Positions 1 to 9,552 of a stretch of 20,000 nucleotides of DNA are shown one piece after another. Position 1 is the stretch's first letter. Each line of letters opens with the position of its first letter. Below the pieces are notes generated by a model that saw only the letters and a list, made by a program, of their open reading frames with translations, was not told the origin of the DNA and did no database searches. Source of the stretch: an uncultured virus (IMG/VR IMGVR_UViG_2061766007_002377) (lineage: Duplodnaviria > Heunggongvirae > Uroviricota > Caudoviricetes); the IMG/VR virus record IMGVR_UViG_2061766007_002377. One strand, written 5' to 3'. The translations under genes were made by a program, and so were the position numbers.

Positions 1-3
1 CTT

Positions 4-1695
4 GTGCAAGTTCTTGATATGTTTGAGAAGATGGGCGGAGTTGATTCTCGGAACTATGACAGGGACCAGATACTCAAACAGGCCGCCGAAAGTCTTGCCG
101 CAATAGTTCAGCAGCAGAAAGACCAATCCCAAATTGAGAGCAATCTTGGAACAATCAGGTCAATGGTTCAGGGCGCAGATAATTTTATTGAACTGCTTGC
201 ATCCATAACTGGCGCAGGTGGCGGTATAAACGCCCAGAACTTGTCTTGGATGGAGACCCTGAAGTACAACATCAACGGCAAAGAGATTGTCCAGAAGAAA
301 ATTGCAGAATATATCAACGAAAACATAACCGGAGCAATGGAAAGTATAAGCAGTGCAGACCTTGCATCTTGGAGTGACGCAATCTCCGAAGCTCTTGGTG
401 AATCCGACATGGATGCAATGCTCAAGGGCAGAGCCGAATCGTTCAGACAATTCTATGAAGCGTTGCACAACTACTTCAGCAAGGACGGCGTTCTGTCCGA
501 GGATGAAATCTCAAGACTGGGTGACATCCGCATTGCCTATCAGGAAGCCAAGAAAGCCGCAGAAGATTACATGGCATCCCTTCAGGCGCAGGCTTCTCTG
601 CAAAGTTACGGAGACAGACTGAGAACAAGCGCACTTGTGGCAACAGGCATGGATGCTTCCGAGGCAGGTGTGCGTGTTTCATGGGCCAATGAACTTGCGG
701 AAATCGGCAAGCTCTTTAAAGAACTTGGCACAAACACCATTGAAATCAACGGGCAAATGTATAAGCAAAAAGACCTGATTGCCCTTGTGAACGAGCAGTA
801 CAACGAGCAGATAGACAAAATCAAAGAGGCGAACAAGGCAATGACCTCATGGGAAAATGCACTGGCGCAGGTCAAAGACTCTCCCCTCTTTAAGTCCATA
901 GACCAGTTCAAAACAGACTTTGCAGCCGGAAAGGAATGGGCCGCAGGAAAAGGCGCAACAGAAGGCGCGGCAAATGCAGCGGGTGTTGGCGCAGGCATTG
1001 CCGGCTTCCTTGCCACCCTTGCGACACAGACTGAGACATTCCAGAAGTTTATGGACATTCTACAGCCCGCCATAGAAACCATGAACAATTTTCTCAAGCC
1101 GTTACAGCCTGCAATCGAGGCTATTGGCGAGGCAATCAGTTATATGGTTTATGCCATATTGAAGCCTTTATGGGATTCCAAGGTTATTCAAATTATCGCC
1201 ACAGCCCTTCTGACGATTGGCAAAGTCGTTGAAACCATAGCGGCCGCAGTAACCAATGTAGGCCGTGGAATAGGCAACTTCTTCCGTGGTCTGTTTGGCA
1301 TGGAAAAGAAGGCGTATGAAGACATCGGTGCAATATGGGATGACTACTATACAACGCTTGACCAGATTTGGGGCGCAACATTTCAGATTGCCAAGAACAC
1401 TGATCCGAGCAATGACGAGCGTTTGAAAGCCTATCAGGAGATGTATCAAAAACAGATGATAACAGAGTCCGAGTTCTCTGCACTTCTGAGAGGTATTCAG
1501 GGGGCAAGATACGACAGCGTGAGAACATCAGGCTCTTACGCATGGAACAACGGCAGAGCCGGAACAACAAACGTCTATTACGGAGATTTGAAATTCACAA
1601 TCAACGGCACGAATCTTTCAGCCGACCAAATAGCTGATGCGGTTGCCAGAAAAATTGAGTTCAACAACCGCACAGGACATTATTCATACGCATAA
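4..1695 (+). CDS. Tape measure protein, C-terminal part (5' end probably outside the window)
   Basis: Long Ala/Gln/Glu-rich helical ORF with amphipathic repeats (ILQPAIETMNNFLKPLQPAIEAIG) and a TMP-like end (GDLKFTINGTNLSADQIADAVARKI). It lies directly upstream of tail genes. Confidence 0.75.
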   Translation: MQVLDMFEKMGGVDSRNYDRDQILKQAAESLAAIVQQQKDQSQIESNLGTIRSMVQGADNFIELLASITGAGGGINAQNLSWMETLKYNINGKEIVQKKIAEYINENITGAMESISSADLASWSDAISEALGESDMDAMLKGRAESFRQFYEALHNYFSKDGVLSEDEISRLGDIRIAYQEAKKAAEDYMASLQAQASLQSYGDRLRTSALVATGMDASEAGVRVSWANELAEIGKLFKELGTNTIEINGQMYKQKDLIALVNEQYNEQIDKIKEANKAMTSWENALAQVKDSPLFKSIDQFKTDFAAGKEWAAGKGATEGAANAAGVGAGIAGFLATLATQTETFQKFMDILQPAIETMNNFLKPLQPAIEAIGEAISYMVYAILKPLWDSKVIQIIATALLTIGKVVETIAAAVTNVGRGIGNFFRGLFGMEKKAYEDIGAIWDDYYTTLDQIWGATFQIAKNTDPSNDERLKAYQEMYQKQMITESEFSALLRGIQGARYDSVRTSGSYAWNNGRAGTTNVYYGDLKFTINGTNLSADQIADAVARKIEFNNRTGHYSYA

Positions 1696-1707
1696 TTGAG
1701 GTAGCAC

Positions 1708-3158
1708 ATGGCATATACATATTCACTTGTTGTAAACGGAACAGACTACAATCTTGCAGAGTTTGTAGATTCTTCAACACTGTCTATTGTAAAGCCTTTC
1801 TGCTCCAAATCCAAAAAGAGCGGCAAAGGAACCATGAGCGTGACAATCAAAGGTGCGGCAAACAAAACTGCCTATCGCTCTTTCATGCAAGACCTTCTGA
1901 TTCATGCCACTCAGACAAAGCAGGTCAATGACTGTCCTTTGCGTGTCAGTTGTGACGGGACTGTTGTGTTTTCCGGCTACCTTGATAAATCCTGCATAGA
2001 CATCAAGAGCAAGAAGATTCCCGAATGGCTTGTTTTGGCAGGAATTGACAAAAGCCATCTTCTTGACCGCAAAATCCGCATAAACCGCTACTGGGAAAAT
2101 CAGAGCAGAAACACTATTATCAGCGACCTCTTTTCCGCCCTTTCAACAGAGTGCGGCTTGTCGCTTTCCGTTGCCTCAAGCGAGATTCCGAATACAGAAG
2201 TGGTAGGCAACTTCTGCGTAACCGAAAGCAAGGAACAAACCTACAGAGACGTAATTGATACCATTATTTTTGAGGCAATCGGTTACGTTCTTTTCTTTGA
2301 CCCCGCCTCAGATGCGTTCAGAATCAAGAGCATACCTACAAGCGTATCAGGTCTTTCCCCCAGGGAAGTAACATTCCTTATCGAGAACGGCCTTGTGTCA
2401 CGCAGTGTTATCTATGACAATGACGGCATACTTCTTTCCTATCCTACAATCGTGGAAAGGGCAAATACCAACGTGTATGCCGAGAACATAAACCTTTCTT
2501 TTGACGAGAACAACCGTGTTATCGGAGATACCGTCATTCCCGGAGAATACTTCCCTCACGATGCAGATGTGAAGGAAATCTATCAGACCTTCCGCCTTGC
2601 AGACAGACCGTATGTGTCCGGTGAAAGCCGTGTTGAGAATCAGGACCTTTCCCTGTTGTATGCAAAGAATGTCACAGTCAGCATACAGGCAAACCCGGCT
2701 CTGACTCTTGCCCCTGCCCTTCCCAATGTTCACTGGGACGGGACCGTTGAAATCTATCCTGATAAGGCAAGGGCAATCTATGTCAACAATGCCGTGGGAG
2801 AGAACAGCAACGTCACTGTTTTTGGTTACACCGCAACGGCAGTCTACATTGACTACTACAACAAAATCACCTACCCCAAGGCCTGTGCCAATCCGCAGGA
2901 ATACAAGGTGCAAACAATCACCGACCCAAACAAGGCCAAGGCTTTTGCAAACTGGCTGTACAACTCAAACAACTACGGCGCATCCACAAGCCAGTGGAGC
3001 GAGTACAACAGCAGTGCATATCTGGGAGAAGTGGTAAACGTAATTCACAAGGACACAGGCGTACAAATGCCTCATGTCATTGTGCAGATAACGGATGAGA
3101 GCATAGACGGCTCAAGAGTCCGCAAGAGCAACATTGTTGCCATATCCATTTACTCATG
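1708..3158 (+). CDS. Putative tail tip / baseplate hub protein; 3' end lost in the N gap
   Basis: GAGGT RBS before the ATG; beta-rich ORF between the TMP and the fibre; runs into Ns at 3159-3244. Confidence 0.5.
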
Positions 3159-3244
3159 NNNNNNNNNNNNNNNNNNNNNNNNNNNNNNNNNNNNNNNNNN
3201 NNNNNNNNNNNNNNNNNNNNNNNNNNNNNNNNNNNNNNNNNNNN

Positions 3245-6200
3245 CACATCCAAGGATGAGCTTATAGGCGGCACATGGCTTGATGAACTGCCTTCCACAT
3301 ACACAGGCTATGTCTGGTACAGAACAAAATACATCTACTCCAACGGAACCGTCACTTACTCGCAGTACGCTCACTATCTGACCACGGCAGAGATAGACGC
3401 TCCGTGGGTGCTGACTACGTTCTACGCCGTCTCTTCATCTAATGACTGGGAACAGGCAGACACAACACAGCCCCCGGTGCAGGGCGTGACATACTATGAG
3501 AGACTTCTTGACGGCTCTCTGAAAGAGGCAGATGTGTCCGATGGTTGGGTCACGGGCATCTCATATTATTTCATCCCGGACTGCACAGCATGGGGCAATT
3601 CTATTCCTTCTTCATGGAGACATGGGTTGTACGTCTGGACAAGGGACAATATCAACTACACGCTCAACGGCACAACGCAGCGCATGACTCCCGTGTTTTC
3701 GGCCTCTGCCACATCAGATGCAGAGAAAACCTGCAAGTTTGTAGTCACTCCGTCTTCCTACACATGGGCCAAGAACAAGAGAGCCGTGGATTCTGATTCC
3801 GTCATTGTCACATTCGGCTATGAGATTCAGGGTTACGGAGAGAGCGTGGAGCCTTTGATTACCGTTCCTTCCGGGTACGATATAGAGACAGACAACAACT
3901 CCATTAAGTTCAACAGTGCAATAACCTTGGACAGAATGGAAATATTTGTCAGCCTTGCACAGTTCCCGGACGTGACCCCTGTGAAAATAGTTCTGGAGAG
4001 CGTTGACGTCACGGACGAGCCTACATACCTTGGAATACTGAGTGCAATGCCGAGTGCGGACAATACCCGGTTTTCACGTTTCCTTGCAGGAGACCACTTT
4101 GTTGCCAACGGCATCACAGGTAAGACAGACCTCATGCCCTATGTATATGACGGTGTTTCTTGGGTTGCACCGAGCAGAAACGGCGTGTACGGCCCTATGG
4201 CCTACATCCAGATTCTGTACAACTGTGTCCATGACATATTCTCCAACGCACAGGACGTATATACGCTCTGCGGTACAGGGGCAACGGCACAGGAAGGGGT
4301 TTCATACTATCAGCAGATAGACGGAGTGTGGACTGGCGTTGTCGTGCGTACAGGAGAAGATGTATCTACCCTGTACACCAAGGGAACCAACGTGCCTTCT
4401 CAGGTGTTGGAATACTACAACTATCAGGCGGAGATTATCTCTGACTATGTAGCATCCAATGACATTCAGCTTGTCGAGCAGACTGACCCGGTAACAGGCA
4501 AGACCAAGGTAGGCAAGATAAGAAGCGCAGGCTATGAGAAGGGAACGGTCAAGAAGCTCATTGAAACAGCACAGGGCGGTCAGTCTCTTGCCTCTTACAA
4601 GCAGGGATTCTACGGAGACACTGACGGAAACTTTGAGGCCTTTGACGCATGGCTGTACAGAGCCAACATCTACAATGCGAACATTGTAGGAGAACTGCGC
4701 AATGACCTCTTTTTCACAAACCTTGAAGCCAAGGTCGGAGCGACATACACGCAAAGTACACTGACCAATGAATCATGGTCGGGAACCAAAGCTCTTGAGT
4801 CTGTCCGCACTGCTATCGGAAGCGGTAACGTGGAAAAGGTACTGAGCATGGGTGCGCACTATCCCACTCAGGGCAATCAGTACAGCCTTGGAATGTTGGT
4901 GGACAATCCGGCAAGGGCAGTAGAAGCGTCTGTCAATGCAGGGGCAACCTTCACATCTCCCATATTTACGGCCTTTACTGCAAGCCTTCCTTTGTTCAAC
5001 TCCGGCAACGTGCCTGTAAGCGGTGGAGATATCTACTACGGCAGTGTGCTGACCAACCGCAAGAGGTGGGCTATCTCATCCCTGTATGAGAATACCGATA
5101 TTACCGAGAACGTAATCAATGCAAGTGGTATCTCTTGGAACGGCACCAACCTTGGTTTTGCAAGGGTGACTAATCCTGAGGCAACGGCTGTTAACGGATA
5201 TTCTACGAGCCACAGTTCTGGTAACGACAGTCGTTATGACGATTCATGGAGTTTTACTATTCCTAATGGATTCAGAAATGCAACTATGAATTTCTCAGGA
5301 AATAGAAAGCAGGGCCGTCAAACTTCATGGTTCCAGACTTTATATCGTCAGGGTTCAATGAGAATTTCTATAAATGGGGCAAGTTCATATTATATTGGTG
5401 CAACGGAAAACGGTAGTGTTCCGTTTAGTAGCTCTCTCACAGTAAACGCAGGAGATACTATTACTGTTGCATGGGGCAATGCCGCAGGTAGAACGTCTAC
5501 AACAGACGAGGTATGGGGAAGTATCTCTATCTCTATTGCTGCTCAGACCTTTGCCGCTCAGGGAATGGATACAACGGGTTTCTACACCTTCACAACAACC
5601 ACACAGAACGGATATACCCGTGTTGACACAGCCATCAACCGCAACAACCATCCTATCTACTATCAGGAGAACAACACTGACACTTACTACGAAAAGGCAA
5701 CGGTAACGCTTTCCTCTCCCTCATGGAGCAGTGAGAATCATCTTCTGAGCGCAACGGTGAATTATACCTATGAGAAGTACCAGACAGGCTTGAACCTTCT
5801 TAACTCCACCGGAGAGAGACAGCAGACCGTCACCACAGGAGCGCACCCTGTCTCTGAATACTTTGACGTTACCTATGCCGGGACAGTGCGCTACAAGTCC
5901 GACACGGCACAGCACTATTGGCACATTAACAGTGCCGGAATACTGACAAGAAGTGCAACACAAGAAGAACCCGCAAAACAGATTGACAGTGCAAAGATAT
6001 TTGCCATTGACTCCTGTACGGCGTACTACAAACTCTTTGGGGACAACTCAAGGCGCAACATCACAGGCGTTACCGGAGTTATCTGGACAAATACTTCAAT
6101 CATCTTTGAAACAAGTAACGGCAACGTGATTGTCACAACCTCTGACTGGGTGGAAGAGTTCTATGTGAATCTTGTCTCGCAGTCCCAGAGAAGAGGAAAC

Positions 6201-7094
6201 TTTGCGGACACGATTCTGCCGATAATGGGAGAAGAAGACAGGAAAAAGCAAGACCCGGTTAAGGAAATAAATCTCGGCTCTGAGGAAAATCGTTTTGATG
6301 AAGGGTATCTAAAAAGGTTAGGCTCAGGTAATGTTCCCACGGAGATTGTTTATACCGAGAATCTCGGACAACTTGTCTCAGTTCCAGGCTCTTCTATTGC
6401 ATCCTTTGAGCCAAGCCTTGTTTACTATGAGTATGACTCTGCCAAGGATGAATATATTGCCACAACGGACAGCACTCCCAACAGCAGCAAGACCTACTAC
6501 AATGTTTATTCAGTGACTGATGCCTATGTTAAGAATCAGTGGACAGTGACCCCGGAAAAGATTTCCAAGAACGCAGGTGGTGGAAGAATCCCCGGCACTG
6601 TGTTCTGGTATGCAGGGTCAGCAAACGACATTCCTGAAGGAACGCTTTTGTGCAACGGCGCAACTGTGCTCATTGCGGACTATCAAAACCTCTTTGACGC
6701 AATAGGTACAACTTTCGGGGGAAATGGCACTACCAACTTCAAACTTCCTGACTTCTTCCATGCAACTGACCCGGACAACAGTACGGTCAGTACAGGCTTG
6801 TTCATCAGGGCCACAGACGGCAGTTCCTTGGGTGCTGTGGGTAGTAAACAGTATGATGCGATAAGAAACATTACTGGAGACTTCTCCCACCGTACAGACA
6901 ATGAGAGCATTCCTTTTGCAGGTGCTAATGGTGCATTTGCCCTTGACAACTATATATCGCACACCAATACCACAGGTATAGAATCAGGATATAACCGTTA
7001 TTTCAAAGTCACTTTCAACGCTTCAAGAATAGTCAGAACCTCTGTAGATAATCGGCCATACAATATGTCCTTATTACCCCTAATATGCTATTAA
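3245..7094 (+). CDS. Tail fibre / receptor-binding protein with tail-collar domain and exchangeable C-terminal tip; true start hidden by the N gap
   Basis: Open frame from the gap to TAA 7094. It has fibre-type repeats (GGTWLDELPSTYTGYVWYRTKYIYSNG; TTDSTPNSSKTYY), a collar motif PGTVFWYAG...EGTLLCNG...LFDAIGTTFGGNGTTNFKLPD (about 6588-6752) and the typical GSKQYDAIRNITG...FNASRIVRT...NRPYN fibre end. Confidence 0.88.
6862..6878 (+). repeat. Recombination site S1 (expression site inside the fibre gene)
   Basis: TAAGAAACATTACTGGA, read in frame as (I)RNITG. Confidence 0.92.
6864..7094 (+). other. Tip cassette 1 (currently expressed, 76 aa)
   Basis: RNITGDFSHRTDNESIPF...FNASRIVRTSVDNRPYNMSLLPLICY*, in frame with the fibre gene. 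Confidence 0.92.
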
Positions 7095-7334
7095 GGGGAG
7101 CATTGAAATATTATACGGGTGAATATCAAGACTATCTGCATGAGTTGACATAGGGTTGTCTGTAAAATTGCCATTATTGGCATTAGAAAATATTGTTTCC
7201 ATGTTTATATATCCGTAATTACCCGAACCAAACAAATAATTATAGGCATTCGTAATACTATGTTTCCACGAACCTATGCTTGTTGCACTTTGGCGATAAA
7301 CAAACAAACCAGTTGCACTTCCAGTAATGTTTCT
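7080..7334 (-). other. Silent tip cassette 2 (84 aa)
   Basis: RNITGSATGLFVYRQS...NPMSTHADSLDIHPYNISMLPLIAY*; open from S2 to TAG, no start codon before the site. Confidence 0.92.
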
Positions 7335-7336
7335 TA
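7320..7336 (-). repeat. Recombination site S2
   Basis: Exact reverse complement TCCAGTAATGTTTCTTA; its TAA is the stop of cassette 3. Confidence 0.92.
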
Positions 7337-7585
7337 ATATGCGATTAAAGGTAACAGCCCAATATTATATGGCCTATTTTCTAAGGCCGTGCGTACAATG
7401 CGAGACGCATCCATAACTATCCAGTTTAAGTGATTGGAAGAAGATGAAAAACGGTCATTTGTAGAATAAAAAGCCGTGTCTTGATGTATGGCGTACAAGG
7501 CTCCATCCCAGTTGCCGTTGTGCATGATTATACCACCACCAGAGACATCATCCCATGACGTGCGTATTTGTCCAGTAATGTTTCT
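7334..7585 (-). other. Silent tip cassette 3 (83 aa)
   Basis: RNITGQIRTSWDDVSGGG...MDASRIVRTALENRPYNIGLLPLIAY*. Confidence 0.92.
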
Positions 7586-7587
7586 TA
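7571..7587 (-). repeat. Recombination site S3
   Basis: Exact copy on the - strand; its TAA is the stop of the chaperone gene. Confidence 0.92.
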
Positions 7588-8256
7588 TGACTCTTCAATT
7601 TCTGAGAGATAATCGAATGGACTTTCTTCTTCACAGTTGTCCTCAACGGTTTCTGTTCGGAGGTGGTCCAGAGCCTCTTCTCCATACTCTGCCACAATTT
7701 GTGCTTTCAATTCATTGGCCTGTGCTTCCCACAGATTAAGGTTTGGTCTTTCCTGTGCAAGCCTCTGGAGTTCTGATTTGTAGAAGGCTTCCTTTTCTGG
7801 ATCAGAAGCATATCCGTTCTCAAACTCATAAAGTCTCCGGGCGTAATAGTCTGTGTCCTCAAGTTCTTTCTTGAGAGTTTCGTACTGCTCCTCAAGCTCT
7901 ACAACCTGATTGCAGATTTCCGGCTTGTCCATCTTCTCCCATTCTCTGTCGGCAGGCTTGTCTCCGAGGGTGGTCATATATTCCTCTTCAGCCCACCAGA
8001 ACTTCTCAGGGTTGTAGAAAGGCTTACCGCCTGAGTAGGTTCCTGTTTCGTCAAGGTGCTTGCGGTAGTCCGGTTTGATTACCCACTTTTCTCCGTCCCA
8101 ACAAACAGCCTCAAACTCACCCTTTTCAGGTGGTTCCATCCATGTGCAGTTTGCAGGGAGAAGAAACTCTCCTTCATGTTTGGGGTTTTCCTGTGCGTAT
8201 GCGGTTCCTGTGTATTCTCCGTTCTGTGCGTATCTGTAACAAGTTTTAATGGTCAT
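7585..8256 (-). CDS. Tail fibre assembly (Tfa-like) chaperone with coiled-coil C-terminal extension
   Basis: The N-terminus YRYAQNGEYTG...ENPKHEGEFLLPANCTWMEPP...WDGEKWVIKPDYRK matches the Tfa-like pattern; GAGGT RBS upstream; located among the fibre cassettes. Confidence 0.75.
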   Translation of the reverse strand: MTIKTCYRYAQNGEYTGTAYAQENPKHEGEFLLPANCTWMEPPEKGEFEAVCWDGEKWVIKPDYRKHLDETGTYSGGKPFYNPEKFWWAEEEYMTTLGDKPADREWEKMDKPEICNQVVELEEQYETLKKELEDTDYYARRLYEFENGYASDPEKEAFYKSELQRLAQERPNLNLWEAQANELKAQIVAEYGEEALDHLRTETVEDNCEEESPFDYLSEIEES

Positions 8257-8275
8257 GTTTGGTACCTCTAAATTG

Positions 8276-8281
8276 ATTATA
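8276..8281 (-). promoter_or_regulatory. Possible -10 box for the chaperone gene
   Basis: Perfect TATAAT on the - strand about 20 nt upstream of the ATG in an AT-rich spacer; no convincing -35 at 17 bp. Confidence 0.35.
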
Positions 8282-8314
8282 CAATTACTATTAAGATAAC
8301 TCTATATGCAAGGA

Positions 8315-8331
8315 TAAGAAACATTACTGGA
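8315..8331 (+). repeat. Recombination site S4
   Basis: Exact TAAGAAACATTACTGGA. Confidence 0.92.
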
Positions 8332-8532
8332 ACAATCAGGACATACCATGATACTTCATCAAATTATGCTTTTCCGACTGGAGCCTTGTATGCTGCATCA
8401 GGACAAACCAAAGGAAACAGTAATGCTTGGAATACATCATGGGATATTGGACTCGATGCTTCAAGAGTTGTGCCAACAGGGACAGACAACCATCCCTATA
8501 ATATGAAGTTATTACCCCTAATTGTCTATTAA
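8317..8532 (+). other. Silent tip cassette 4 (71 aa; not in the ORF track)
   Basis: Manual translation: RNITGTIRTYHDTSSNYAFPTGALYAASGQTKGNSNAWNTSWDIGLDASRVVPTGTDNHPYNMKLLPLIVY*. Confidence 0.92.
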
Positions 8533-8534
8533 AG

Positions 8535-8551
8535 TAAGAAACATTAGCGGT
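8535..8551 (+). repeat. Recombination site S5 (variant)
   Basis: TAAGAAACATTAGCGGT: first 12 nt identical, 14/17 overall. Confidence 0.85.
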
Positions 8552-8755
8552 TCATTCTATGGTGGTGCTAGGCGAAACGGCAATTCTAGTGACTATTTAG
8601 GGGCATTCACAGGAGCAACAAATTCTGGCGTTAAACTGACAACAGGTAGCAATGCCGATTTGGCAAAGTTTCTCTTTAACGCTTCTGGCTCTGTGCGTAC
8701 AGCCTCAGACAACCGTCCCTATAACATCTCATTGCTCCCCGTAATAAGTTACTAA
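8537..8755 (+). other. Silent tip cassette 5 (72 aa)
   Basis: RNISGSFYGGARRNG...FNASGSVRTASDNRPYNISLLPVISY*. Confidence 0.9.
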
Positions 8756-8769
8756 GAAACATTACTGGA
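8753..8769 (+). repeat. Recombination site S6
   Basis: Exact copy; its TAA is the stop of cassette 5. Confidence 0.92.
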
Positions 8770-8982
8770 GAGTGTGAATTTTCTTTTGTTTGGCCTTCAT
8801 TTGTTGGAGAACCTAATAGCGCAATTTATCTAATAGAAAGAGCTGTAGATAAGACAGCAGCTTCTGGCTCTGCCCTTGGGACTCGAAATGTGAGCATTGT
8901 TTTTAATGCCTCTCGTACAACAAGCACATCACCCGAAAACCGTCCATATAACATTTCTATGCTTCCTCTTATTCACTATTAA
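8755..8982 (+). other. Silent tip cassette 6 (75 aa; not in the ORF track)
   Basis: Manual translation: RNITGECEFSFVWPSFVGEPNSAIYLIERAVDKTAASGSALGTRNVSIVFNASRTTSTSPENRPYNISMLPLIHY*. Confidence 0.92.
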
Positions 8983-8996
8983 GAAACATTACTGGT
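8980..8996 (+). repeat. Recombination site S7
   Basis: TAAGAAACATTACTGGT (16/17); its TAA is the stop of cassette 6. Confidence 0.92.
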
Positions 8997-9251
8997 GTAA
9001 TGAATAAGACCAAGGGTGACAATATGTACCTTAACGCCCAAACTTACGAAATATCAACTAATGGCGTTTTATATATCTCGTCTTCACAATACGATACATG
9101 GGCATCAGGTACTGGCGGTGGAACAGTTGTGAAAGGAATTGGTATCAATGCAAACGCAGGAAGTACATCAAATAACCCAATGTCAGGCCACGCAGTTGGC
9201 CCAGATGTCCGTCCTTATAACATCTCAATGCTCCCGTTAATATGCTATTAA
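8982..9251 (+). other. Silent tip cassette 7 (89 aa)
   Basis: RNITGVMNKTKGDNMY...NPMSGHAVGPDVRPYNISMLPLICY*. Confidence 0.92.
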
Positions 9252-9491
9252 GGGCAACATCTTGATATTATACGGGTGGATGTCGCTTCCCGAAGCATGA
9301 CGATACATTGGGTTGCCATAAGACGAGGTATCAGCATTAGCATTAAGGTAAAGATATCTTCCAGCATGGTTTCCTGCGTTACTTGCAGCTGCCCCGTATG
9401 ATGCTGATGTATAGAAAGCCCCATTAAATCCGGTAGAAGAACCTGCTGCCTCCATAATAATCCATTTCTCTACACTTCCAGTAATGTTTCT
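9237..9491 (-). other. Silent tip cassette 8 (84 aa)
   Basis: RNITGSVEKWIIMEAAG...NPMYRHASGSDIHPYNIKMLPLIAY*. Confidence 0.92.
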
Positions 9492-9493
9492 TA
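9477..9493 (-). repeat. Recombination site S8 (distal boundary)
   Basis: Exact copy on the - strand, about 60 bp from the recombinase stop codon. Confidence 0.92.
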
Positions 9494-9552
9494 TCACCCA
9501 TATCTGTTTAACAAGCGAATCCTTATTAAACAAACTGCTGTCTTTTGTTTAA

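Larger units (their letters stand above)
6862..9493. mobile_element. Multiple-inversion (shufflon-like) locus: 8 sites, 8 alternative fibre tips, one chaperone gene
   Basis: Eight 17-bp repeats with orientations + - - + + + + -, each starting a homologous tip ORF fragment; adjacent tyrosine recombinase. Confidence 0.92.

Noticed and set aside
5200..5540. Slightly AT-richer stretch in the fibre gene as a swapped domain
   Set aside because: The shift is modest and uneven (hand-counted 60-nt lines of about 33-45% GC) with no boundary repeats; it cannot be supported without homologues.
6849..6876. CAGTA...TACTG dyad around S1 as a symmetric recombination site
   Set aside because: Only a 5-bp match, and the implied spacer is not shared with the other seven sites.
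160..6962. Numerous antisense and alternate-frame ORFs within the tail genes
   Set aside because: Shadow ORFs fully overlapping long genes, with no RBS or recognisable motifs.
8283..8298. AATTACTATTAAGATA as a relic cassette end plus ninth site
   Set aside because: The match is too short in AT-rich DNA, and no tip-like frame follows.
6862..9493. Repeat-spacer array as CRISPR or integron attC array
   Set aside because: Repeats are 17 bp, non-palindromic and in both orientations. The intervening DNA is over 200 bp of homologous coding sequence. There are no cas genes and no attC-type hairpins.
7080..9533. ORF-track small ORFs (7080-7307, 7334-7525, 8522-8755, 9000-9251, 9237-9533) as independent genes
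   Set aside because: Their starts are incidental and lack a clear RBS; homology begins exactly at the RNITG repeat, so they are tip cassettes.
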